Assembly (NCBI RefSeq): GCF_006345805.1
Contig: NC_043006.1
Location: forward strand, 33,108,001 to 33,172,000
From: Octopus sinensis
Lineage: Eukaryota
Direction of reading: 5' to 3'
DNA length: 64,000 nucleotides
The notes under the pieces are model-generated. The model did not search any database and was not told where the DNA came from. It was given only the letters and a program-made list of their open reading frames with translations. A program made the position numbers and the translations under genes. Positions 51,179 through 64,000 of this stretch are shown in pieces (within the stretch, counting starts at the first letter, position 1; each line of letters begins with the position of its first letter).

Positions 51179-51965
51179 CTAAACAAGTGGAAGAAGAGAA
51201 AAAAGAAAAGATGAAAATCCATAGACGATATACTAGAATTAATTAGAATTTGATAATATTTTAAAACGGTTTCACATTAGATTTTCAAAAGTGTATAGTA
51301 TATGGAGATGTGTTGCGAATTATGCTTATCCAGTCCGTTGTTATAAACATACTTTGTTTTTTAAAGTAGTAATGTGGCTCAGAACGCTGACCGTTAACAT
51401 AGAAATTGATTGATCAACATTCATGTATTAAGCTTATGAATATTAAATGATATTTTGAATTTGTGCTCGATCTGAGATCCTATGTTGTATTTAAAACTAT
51501 TGCATGATGGAATGTTATATTTTGGCCAAGTCAGATCTTACGAAAATACCATATTCAGTTCAGGTTATTTGTTGATAGTATTACCTGTTGTGAGGTATAA
51601 ATATATTTCGATGTTCGCTCATGACTTGGTTTCTAACATAAGATGCGGTGAAAATTGTTTAGCATAGTATGTCCTTAATTGCGTAAATGTCTGAAATGGT
51701 GCTTTCACTAGGTAATCTTTACATACACACGCATATTACACACATACTTCCCTTCTACACACACACACACACACATCTTTATTCATATGTACGTAATAAA
51801 CACATACAACAGTTGACGAACGGTAGCTGTAAATCAGAGAAAATTACATCCGTAGCTGAGAAACTCCGAGCTCTGGATGTTAGTGTTCTCTGCTTGTATT
51901 GCATATTAAGATCTACTTTAGTTGTTTCATATGTGACGTGGTTTGTTGGTATGGGTAGATATGTT

Positions 51966-52014
<49 letters not shown>

Positions 52015-52743
52015 TATAGTTGAAAATATGTGGAAAGCATATATAAAAAGCGGAAAAGAAATGCCTTCGTTTCACAGAGTTTAATATCTTTTTATAAAAA
52101 AAATGTTAAAATATATACATATTTTAAGGATGTTTTCCACATATATTCAACTCATAATTTTGCCACGTTGTGTATACTGAATCTCCAGTATTTAGGCTCC
52201 TTATATATATTATATATATGTAATATATACGCATAAAGACATGTATATATATATATGTATGACTATATATATATGTGTGTGTGTTTGTATGTATGGCTAT
52301 ATATATGTTACTATGTTGCTATATTACTATGTAGCAAACGCGAGTATATTGGAGCTTTCGACTGACTGTGAGGCCACACGAGAGTCCAGATATAATAGGG
52401 CCCGGATATAACTGCAGAGTAGCGAATTTTCCACCTCATGTAGGGAGAGGTCCTATAACTTGTTGAGATTCTAGATATTTTTTGGATTAAAAAATACTAG
52501 TCGTTGCCTTTTGTCCGATAATTTTGTCCAGTATATTTCACGATCATATTAATTACGGTTTCGTATCTCGGTGTTTACCTGCGCATTTTATTTTGGGATG
52601 TATCAACACCAAGGCAATCTTGATCATGCTCACTTTCTCTCTCTTTCTCTCTCTTTCTCCATCTCTCTCTTCTTTATATACCTGTTTATCTGTGTGTATC
52701 TATGTATTTATGTACATACACATCTGTATGTGTGTGAACATAC

Positions 52744-52829
<86 letters not shown>

Positions 52830-53650
52830 TATATATCTATATCTTTAACTCTCTCTATAAATAAATTTGTGTGTGTATTTGTGTGTGCTTTTGTGTGCAT
52901 GTATATGCCAAATTTTACTTTCACACTCATGAAAATATTTTGTTAATAGATAACCCATGACCATATCTATTAAGGTGGGGGACAATATTAAAACACAAAA
53001 AATATATTGCAATTGCCCTGACATATTATTATCCGAGCCACAGAATCACAACAATATTTTATTATAATTTAGATTTTCATGTGATTTTATTAAACAGTTC
53101 GATGAATGACAACGATTTTATATAATAATAATAATAGTAATAATAACAATAACAAAATAAAACAATACCAACAATTATAATATCGATAACAATAATAATG
53201 AAAATAATAATGGTTATTATTATCATTATTAGTATCATCATCATTGTTATTATGATCTTTATAGAATACAATTGTGGGGCGGTATGTTAGTGTTGTTCTC
53301 ACATTGTTGCAATCCAAACAATTTTTCGTTTTGGTCTTCCATTGTTCAGTTCTGCTCGCTTTTGCAGGTATGGCAGCAAAGTATAAATTGAAATATAAAT
53401 TAATGAAAATTAATATTTTAAAAATTATTTTATTATTTTACTCCATGCAAAGAACGTTTGCAACAATGTGAAGATGAGTAATCAATCAACGTAGTCATAC
53501 ACCTATATCCACATGCACCTATATGATGTCAGATATAAAATTACACACACCACAAATTTTTCTTGAGTGTTAATTGCTTCTTTTCTGTACAAATCTATTT
53601 TGGTTTCCATTTTCTCATATTCTATTGTCTTCTATTTCCCATTCTTCCAG

Positions 53651-53738
53651 TCAACCCCACCAATCATATTCTCAATTTCTACGTTCATATGCAACACATT
53701 GTCAATGTCGTCGACGCATTCATGACCTACGGCGAGAG
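53651..53738 (+). CDS. Candidate isolated 88-nt coding exon of an unidentified gene
   Basis: A long polypyrimidine tract ending CATTCTTCCAG| and a consensus donor GAG|GTAAGT. Two frames are open; one reads NPTNHILNFYVHMQHIVNVVDAFMTYGE. No homology recognised. Confidence 0.35.
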
Positions 53739-54384
53739 GTAAGTTCCTGGTGAGTCAAATCTGCGACCCCAGTTTCGATTTTCTTATTGTATGTGTCTTT
53801 GCTGAGCCACAGAAAATGTTCTATTTTGAAATTAAAATTCCCTGTAGGTGGAAAATATGCGACATATCTAGGACCTATTCATGGAAAGTTCTGATTATCG
53901 CACAGTGGTCCGCTAGCTTCCACTATCGTACAAACAACATGTGCTATAAATATTTTCCTATTAATAGTATCCTGTGTTAGCACACCAAATTCATACCGAT
54001 TTTCTACGAACACAAGGCAATTAAACTTTCGAATAATTATACATGTTAGAAATGACACTATATGCCACAAGTTAACTTTGCCCGACGTGCCGAGTCTGTT
54101 CATCTCATGTTTATATTTACCTACACAATCGATGGTTTTACTCAACACTAACGTCTACAAAATTTCATTTTCATCGAATATTGTAAATGTCGCTCCATGC
54201 GATCAACTCCGTAACAACGCCATTGCGAACAACTGTTCTTAAGCAGACAGCTATGTCTTCACCTTTATGTTTGTTACATAAATTTATATAGAATAGGTTT
54301 AACATTAATGGGTTTAAAATGAGCATTTTTAGGTTTAACAGAAATATTATAGTCTTATATATATTTTTGCATCACTCCAGCAAT

Positions 54385-55440
54385 TCCGGCGAGGGCAGGG
54401 TGTTAGTCAATTACATCGGCCCCTAGTACGCAACTGGTACCTATATTAAGGACACCGAAAAGATGAAAGGCAAAGTCGGCTTTGGTGGCATTTGGACTCG
54501 GAACGTAAAGTCGGAAGATATAACGCTAAGCATTTTTCCGGTGTGGTAAGAATTCTGCCGTCTCGCCGCCCTGTAGTCGTATAAATATTGGTTCTAAATT
54601 TTGGCACAAGGCCAGTGTTTTCAAGGGAGGAGGTAAGTCGATTACATCGACCCCAGTACTCAACTGGTACTTATTGACCTTGAAAGGCAAAGTCGACTTT
54701 GGTGGAATTTGAATTCAGGACGTAAAGATAGACGAAATGCCGCTAAGAATTTTGTTCGGCGCGCAAACGATTCTGCCAGCTCTAAAAAGAAAATTTGCAT
54801 GGGCGGTTCTCGAACCACCTATTGAGGAATTGGTTTCAAATTTTGGTACAAGGACAGTAATTTCTTGACATCTATCTTAAATCACTGTTCAAAAATGTGA
54901 TAATATATTTTACTAACTTGTCACACAAGCCCGGCAATTTTGAGGAGAAGGAAAAGTCGGTCACATCGACATCATCTTTTTATCGACCCCTAAGGGATGA
55001 AAAGATTTAACCTTGGTGGCGTTTAAACTCAGAACATAAAGAACCGGAATGAATGTCTCCGACCATTTTGTCCGATACGCTAAAACTTCTGTCACCTCGC
55101 CGCCTTATATAACTTTTTTCATATGTTGGCATAAGGAACAATGAACAGAAATTACATCCCCCCCCCAGTATTTGAGTGGTAGTTATTTTATCGATTCCGA
55201 TGAAAGGCAAAGTCAACCTTGACAGAATTGGAACTCGTAATTGTTTCTAATTTTAGCATATGGCCAGCAAGTTTAGGGGGACGGGGTAAGTCGATCATAC
55301 CGACTCTATTATTGGAATGGTACCCGAAAAGATTAAAGGCAAAGTTAACCTCAGCAAGATTTGAACTCATAACAAAGTTCAGTTACAAATATTCTGAAGT
55401 ATTTATACCGATGCTCTAACCAGTCTGCCAGTTCGCCGAT
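54385..55440 (-). mobile_element. Cluster of degenerate family A SINEs
   Basis: AAAGGCAAAGTC(G/A)(A/G)C recurs at about 54465, 54685, 55205 and 55335, with heads (GCCGCC-like) at about 54570, 55100 and 55435. Confidence 0.75.
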
Positions 55441-56128
55441 TTCTTGGTGACTATGATGATAATGATAGCAAAAACATTACTTCCGATTAATTTGTGAAAC
55501 CGCTAAGGTTAATACTAGTTCCATCAACTCTAAATGAAAGATTTCCGAATGATAAAGAAACCGTTTTTACTGATTATATCAGATTGTAAATACACTCAGC
55601 TTGCTTTTTTTTTTCTGAAATTAGATACAATTTTATCTGAGTTTAATTGATTATATCAGCGTGCATACAGTTTAACTGTGCTACACAAATAATCCATCAG
55701 TTATTTAGTACTAACATGGAATGTTATTATACAAATGTCTAACGCTGTAAGTTATCACATCTTCATTCGATAATATGAACAAATGTAAATCAATCTAATA
55801 GTTTCTTAAAGTCTACACGAATTCAATCAGTCTATAAGAAACACCACAAACGGAAAATATCTTCAATTCAGTCCTTGATAATGAAATTGTGAACGTCTAG
55901 AAACGTCGGATATGAGGTTAGGAACCTATTTTGGAAACCATTGTCAAAAGCTAATAAGAAAGTATGGAAAATACATAACAGAGAGAAATATTGACCATAG
56001 TCGTGTATTTAATGAAACGGTTATCTTAATGTTTGTTTTTATGTTCAGTTAAAAATTTTACAATAATTTAATGGGTTACTCTATACATTTGTAGAGTATA
56101 AATTTATTCTTAAACAAAAATATTACTA

Positions 56129-56174
56129 ACAGAGACCTGGAAGTTTCGGCCAGTTAAGACATCGTCAGTTTGAC
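56129..56174 (-). ncRNA. Type I hammerhead ribozyme candidate
   Basis: Minus strand CAAA-CTGACGA-T-GTC-TTAACT-GGC-C-GAAA-CTTCCAGG-TC-TCTG. The core and GUC site are intact but the stems are short and imperfect. Confidence 0.5.
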
Positions 56175-56268
56175 AATGGTTTAATTGGCAAACACACACA
56201 CATACTATACACCCCCCACATATATGTAGGTGCGTGTGTATGCATGTATATAAATATATCTATGTATG

Positions 56269-58071
<1,803 letters not shown>

Positions 58072-58965
58072 GTATATATACACACGTGTGCAGTCGTCTT
58101 TCGATTCTGCTCTTATTCTTATAACTTTGTCTTTGTAATCCATTTTCCTTTCCGTTCTTCTTATTATTCATCCATTCTCTAATTATCTTTCATTCACCCA
58201 CACACATATATTTACCTCATTTCATATTCGCAATTTCCTCGTTCTCTCATTCCCCATTCATTCTTTCCCATTTTTTCTTTCTTATTTTCTCAGATGTATG
58301 TTATTATTTTTTTAAATGCCTTTCTTTTAAAATTTCTCATTTAAAATTCAATTTTGCCTTTTATCTCTCCGGAGCTTAGTAAAATAATTGGAATCCGTAC
58401 ACTGTGCGCCCGATTAAGTGAATTAATGCATTTTGCTCATCCATAAAGTTTATATCTTTGCAGCCCAGTCCAAAAGTAAAAGAAAAAAAATATTCAATTC
58501 TCTTCCTCCTCTTCCTTCCTTTGATTTGATCTCTCTGTCTTTTTTCTGTCCCCATCCATTCTTTCTATATCTACATCCATGTACACCATATATACTGTAT
58601 ATATACACACACAAACAACGGCATCACACACACACACACACGCGCGCACACACACACACAGGCACACACATATTCGCTCTTACTGTTTGTTATAAAACCT
58701 TGCTGTCTCTATACAAGATTTCGTCTTTTTCTCTACCGTATTTCAATTTTCGTTTCGTCGGCAACTGTTGCGCTGTTTGGTAACAGTGGAATGGCATGGG
58801 CTTCATTTCGTACTTTGGTTGCTTCCACCTTTTGTTGTGCCCGGATGTTCCAATTGTATGAAAAAAAAGAAAAACAAGACAAGAAACAAGTTTAATATCC
58901 AAGCTTACAATGGAACACATACTTACATGCACAGACGCACACGCACACGCATACACACAAACAAA

Positions 58966-60247
58966 TCGGGTTATCCCATAAGTTCTGTTCGATTTTATCT
59001 TTTTTCTAAAATTGAATGAAATTTAATAGTATTTTAAAATGTCTAATGGAATTAAAAATCATTTTTATGCATTTGTGTACATTTAAACTAATTAAAGAAT
59101 ATTTTACAGATTAATAAAATTAAAACTTCTTTGATCAAAACCCTTTCTAACATGGAAGTATCCAAAGAACATTTGAGGAACATAATGCTTTATGAGTACA
59201 AAAAAAGGATACTCTGCAGCCGAAGCTACTCGAAACATACACCCAGTTTATGGGAAAGAATGCTTGAATGAAAGAACTTGCAGAAGATGGTTTGCAAAAT
59301 TCAAAAGTGGAGATTTCAGCCTTGAAGATGAAGATCGAACAGGATGTCCAGTTGAGTTTGATGATAAGCTCCTTGAGGCATTACTTGAAGAAAATCCTGC
59401 ATTATCAGTTGAAGAACTGGCAATAAAGCTTAGTTCAAACCATACAACTGTTCATTGTCATCTTCAACAACTTGGAAAGGTTCCTAAACTTGGAAAATGT
59501 GTGCCTCATGAATTGTCCGAAAGCAACCGAAAATCCCGAGTTGACACCTGCTGTTCTCTCCATTCTCGCGAACTCTTTTCACCCTTTTTAGATAGACTTG
59601 TGACTGGTGACAAAAAATGGATCTTCTATCGAAATATTAAACGTCGTAAGCAGCGGCTTGGTAAAAGGGAAAAAGCTCAACCACAACCGAGAAGGGAACT
59701 TCATAGGAAAAAAAGTTCTTCTCTCTATCTGGTGGGATTGCAAAGGAGTAATTCACTATGAATTGTTACTACCTAATGCAACTATCAATGCTCAAGTCTA
59801 CTGTCAGCAATTACAGCGATTGAACCAAGTAGTGAAGAAAAAAAACACCCGCTTTAGTGAATCGAAAAGGAGTGATATTTCATCAAGACAATGCGCAACT
59901 CCACACTGCAAAGAAGATCGAAGAGCTTGGTTGGAAAAAAAATTCCTCATCCACCCTATTCTCTCGACCTTGCTCCTTCAGACTACCATTTGTTTCGTAG
60001 TTTACAGAATCATTTGGGGGGTCATAACCTTCGCAAGCCAGGAGGAGGTCGAAACTGACATTTCAGAGTTCTTTGCTTTGAAGCCAAAAGAGTTTTACAT
60101 TGAAGGGATTAAAAGCTTGTAATTAGATGGAAGGAAGTCGTAGATAATCAGGGAAAGTACGTTGATGATTAAATTTCAATTAAATATCACATTTGATCAG
60201 TTGTTTTCTTTATTCAAAATTCGGGAAGAACTTATGGGATGACCTGA
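58966..60247 (+). mobile_element. Full-length mariner DNA transposon (1282 bp) with ~31-bp imperfect TIRs
   Basis: Left TCGGGTTATCCCATAAGTTCTGTTCGATTTT (58966-58996); right AAATTCGGGAAGAACTTATGGGATGACCTGA (60217-60247) followed by TA. Confidence 0.92.
59152..60172 (+). pseudogene. Mariner transposase (HTH plus DDD domain), frameshifted as assembled
   Basis: The reconstruction reads MEVSKEHLRNIMLYEYKKGYSAAEATRNI..CVPHEL..LVTGDKKW..VLLSIWWDCKG..FHQDNA..HPPYSLDLAPSDYHLF..GKYVDD*, which has the mariner WVPHEL-like and YSPDLAPSD-like motifs. Confidence 0.93.
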
Positions 60248-60384
60248 TATATATAAAAGATACAGAAATAATCGCGTTTTAGATTTAACATAGCATTTCA
60301 AAGCAATTCATTTGGTTAACAAACTCTGAGGTTCACACAATCACGCACAAACACGCACAATCACGCACACTACACATATATGGC

Positions 60385-60456
60385 GATTCTATAGCTCACT
60401 TGGTTAGAGTGCCAGTCCAGTACACTGAAGGTCGATGGCTCGAATCCTCCTGCAGT
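60385..60456 (+). pseudogene. Degenerate tRNA-like sequence (Thr(AGT)-like pseudogene or SINE head)
   Basis: TAGCTCACTTGGTTAGAG (A box/D arm), CAGT-CCAGTAC-ACTG (anticodon arm, AGT) and GGCTCGAATCC (B box-like). The acceptor and T stems do not pair. Confidence 0.35.
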
Positions 60457-60589
60457 TTGGATTTACATTATTATCTGCAGTTGCCGGCATGGTTGTGCAG
60501 TTAAGAAGCTCGTGCTTTCCGGTTCAGTCCTAATGAGTGGAACACTGGGCGGCCATGCTTGATCACTACACTGAAGAGTTTTAGCGAAA

Positions 60590-60682
60590 CAAATTGACCA
60601 AGGGTGCCAGGCAGTGGAAGTGAATACAGAACCATGTGGTTGGAAAGCAAGCTTCTTACCATACAGCCACGCCTACACCTAT
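60590..60682 (-). mobile_element. Family B SINE head
   Basis: GAACCATGTGGTTGGAAAGCAAGCTTCTTACCATACAGCCACGCCTACACCTA. Confidence 0.75.
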
Positions 60683-60697
60683 ATGTATATGTCTATG

Positions 60698-60782
<85 letters not shown>

Positions 60783-61689
60783 CAAAGTGAAGTTGTAAGG
60801 TAGCGCACGAGTGGAAGTATATATCAAAGAAGGTTTGAAAATGCAATTTTAAAGGTGTTTATTCACTTGACCGGTTTCACTTTTTTAAGAAAAAGATTGT
60901 CAAAAGTAAAATGTAAGGCTTTGTATAAGCTTTGTTGTGTTAAGTACTTGTTGTCACAAAATACATATATACATTCTTTGATAATAAATAAGAAAATGTT
61001 AAAATCTGTTTACAAGAAAATATTTAAGAAAATATTCAGCACAAAGTATTATGAGTTCAATAAAAATCATGTTTGTTTGGTTGTAAATATATATGTACAC
61101 AGAAAAAGTATTAGGAGTTCAATAAAAATCATGTTTGTTTGGTAGTATATATATATATATATATATATATAACCGTGATCACCGTGACCGACCAGGCTAT
61201 CAGATGTTGCTACACATCGCTGGTCACAATGCGCTTCGCATTGTTTTAGCCTTCAAATGACGCCACCCCGCTGGCTAAGCGAGCAGGCCAATATATATAT
61301 ACATATATATACACAGAAGGAGATATATTTAAGAGTTTACAAAGAATTTGATATGAACCAACCTGTTTTCTTAGTATTTTTTATTTTGTGTGAAGCTAAG
61401 GGTTGTTTGCTATTTTAAGGGACAGTGTGGGAGGTTGATTGGGGTGGGGGACGGAAGATCAATGTGGAATTAAAAGGAATTTTTTTGCTTCTGGGATAGT
61501 CTGTCATGGTTCAGTGAATTTTGGGACTGGTCTGAGAGGTCAGAATGGTGCGTGTACGTCTCTAATCGTGTATGTATATACATGTGTTTGTGTTTGTGTA
61601 TGGGTCGTTTTTGAATAGTCCCAGAATTTATTGCGGTGTGTGTAAATGTGTCAGTGTGTGTTTTATATTTGGTAGGATGGTGTGTGTAT

Positions 61690-63260
61690 ATGTGTGCACG
61701 TTTGTGTGTGTGTGTGTATGTGTATGAATAATATATGTTAGGGTGTTGTGTGTGCGCAAGTGTGTGTATGTGTCTATTCGCATGTGTGTATATGTCTGCG
61801 TCTGTGGGTGCGTGTGTATGTTTGTGTGTTTTTTGTGCTGGTGGGGATGTAATGTGTGTGTACGTGAGTGTGTGTGTACATGAGTGTGTGTCCCTCTGTC
61901 TGAGTATGTTTCTGTTGTTATGATTGTCCTGGTGTTGTGTGTGTATGTGTGTGATTGGTATTTGTCAGGGTGTTGTGTGTGCGTATATGTGTGTATATGT
62001 GTTTGTTCGTGTATGTGTATGTGTGCGTCTGTGTGTGTGTGCGCGTGTATGTTTGTGTGTTTTGTGTGTTGGTGGGAATGTTATGTGTGTGTACGTGAGT
62101 GTGTGTGCCTCTATCTGAGTATGTTTGTGTTGTTTAAATTGTCCTTGTGTGTGTGTGTGTGTGTGTGTGTGTGAGCAACCATATGTGTGTGTGAGGATGC
62201 ATAAGTATGTGTGCGTCTGTGTGTGTGTGCTTGTGTATGCTTGTGTGTTTCGTGTTGGTGGGGATGTTATGTGTGTGTACGTGAGTGTGTATGTACGTGA
62301 GTGTGTCTGTTGTGTCTGTCTGAGTATGTTTGTGTTTTAATTGTCCTTGTGGTGTTTGCGTGTGTGTGTGCGCGCAACCGTATGTGCGTGTGTGAGGTTG
62401 CATATGTATGTGTGTGTGTAAGTGTGTTGTATTTATCAGGGGCTCTGTGTGTGTCCGTGTGTGTTGGGTTCATCGGGGTGGTGTGTATGTGTGTGCATGT
62501 GCGTTTTGTGTATGATGGAACTGAGTATACGCTTGTGCGTGTGTATATATGTGGGTATAGTTTATGTAGTTTTCAGGTGTGTGTGTATGCACATGTGTGT
62601 GTGTGCTGCATTTGTGAGTGATTTGTTTTGTTTGTATTGTTAGTGCAGTGTGTGTGTATACGTGTGGGTGTGTTTGTGTGAGTGTGTCTATGAGTCTTGC
62701 ATTTGTCGGGGAGGTGTGTGTCATTGTGTGTGCGCATGCTTGTGTGTATGTGTGTTTGTGAGTGTTTGTTGTGGTTGTTGGGATTGTATTGTGTGTATAT
62801 GTGTGTGTCTTTTCTTTTGAGTGTGTGTGCATGTGTTATTTTATTACTGGGGTACGGGCGTATTGTGTGTGTGTGTCTACATGTGTGCATATATGCGTGT
62901 GTGTTTGTGTGGGTTGTGTTGTAGTTGCGTGTTTGTGTGTGTATCTGTGTATGTGTGGGCGTGTTTGTGTTAATGTGATTTGTAATTGTCGGGGTGGTGT
63001 GTGTCGGTGTGTGCATGTACGTGTTTACATATGTGTGTGAGTGTTGTTTATGGTTGCTATAATCATATTGCAAGTGTATATATGTATGAATTTTTCTTGG
63101 AATGTGTGTGGGTTTGTGCTCTAGTGTGGGAATATTGTGTTTGTGCGTGTGTGTATTTATGTGTGTGTGTGTTTGCATCGGAGGTTTGCATTGTTTTTGT
63201 GTGTGTGTGATTTTGTATATCTGTATGTGTTTCTGTGTGTGTTTGTTTTGGATGTTTACC
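61690..63260. repeat. ~1.6-kb degenerate (TG)-rich tract with internal higher-order repeats
   Basis: GGTGGG(G/A)ATGT(T/A)ATGTGTGTGTACGTGAGTG...CTGAGTATGTTT...ATTGTCCT recurs at about 61840, 62070 and 62257. Confidence 0.9.
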
Positions 63261-64000
63261 TGGGGGGTATGTTAGAGTATGTCGAGTTGTGGTCTGTATT
63301 TTTGAATAAGATTATTTCTCTATGTATTCGTGTTTGGTCGGTGGTGTTGTCCGGGCATTGGTATAGTGGGAAAACCAGGAATTTGGGGGACTTGTGTGCA
63401 CAGAGATCTAAATGCCCACTAAGTGGTATCTGTCTTGTGGTGGGATTCCTCAATTGTTGGCGGTGAACTGTCATCCTTTCTCGGAGGGTAAGGCTCAGTA
63501 ACACTAACTGTCTCCGTATTACTGCACTAATTTAACCGTATACCCCAGAAACATCTGTAAAGTGTTACCCGCATTCTCCAGTTCCATAGGTGTGAGGTTC
63601 GAGTATGAACTCTCCAAATTTTAACCGATCTATCCATGGTGAACCACTGCAAATAAACTACTTGGACTTCCATTATTCTTGTCTGTGACGCTAGTCTGAG
63701 CATTCCGGATATATTTCTCATTTATGGAGAATTACGATGAACTCTTGCGTCTCTGATTTTTCTGCTTAATTTATATATTTTTATACATACTTCTTTATGA
63801 CTATTTTATAAATGCTTCGACACCATTAGCAACCGTGTGACCATCTTTATTGATTTTATGGAAAATATAAATGTAAATATACACAGAATAAGTGGAACGT
63901 ACAGAAAGGTGAAATGGTGCAACCAAAGCAATATGACAATAAAACATTTCACAAAAGGATAAAAATATTGAACGTTGAACGGTGTAAAGTGAGAAGTGAA

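Noticed and set aside
63527-63721. Minus ORF containing WD40-like DRSVKIWRV, or an alternative 78-nt exon
   Set aside because: A single short motif with ambiguous frame and moderate splice sites; chance cannot be excluded.

Overview
This is eukaryotic, very AT-rich, repeat-dominated DNA. It is most likely from an octopus (Octopus sp.); that is an inference from three tRNA-derived SINE families I recognise and the extreme microsatellite load. There is no complete protein-coding gene, operon, rRNA or CRISPR array, and nearly all supplied ORFs are translations of microsatellites. The real coding remnants are all from transposable elements: (i) a full-length mariner at 58966-60247 whose transposase is broken only by single-base indels in homopolymer runs plus an apparent 12-nt deletion; (ii) an internally deleted irritans-like mariner at 33232-34232; (iii) a Dong/R4-type restriction-like endonuclease 3' end at 6767-7395; (iv) a triple C2H2 zinc-finger fragment, probably a LINE 3' end, at 41817-42116; (v) a CR1-like RT fragment near 37.1-37.7 kb. 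There are about 25 SINE copies or fragments, several MITE/foldback elements, a 100-N gap and two tandem duplications that may be assembly artefacts. A few isolated exon candidates exist, the best at 53651-53738. The most interesting signal is a set of compact type I hammerhead-ribozyme-like motifs with palindromic stem III, the form known from Penelope-like elements and retrozymes. The best are at 40965-41017 (+) and 56129-56174 (-); there is also a tandem pair at 43.7-44.0 kb and a repeat family with a recurrent A6U core variant. All calls were made by eye, none has been checked against databases or folding software, and repeat boundaries are approximate.
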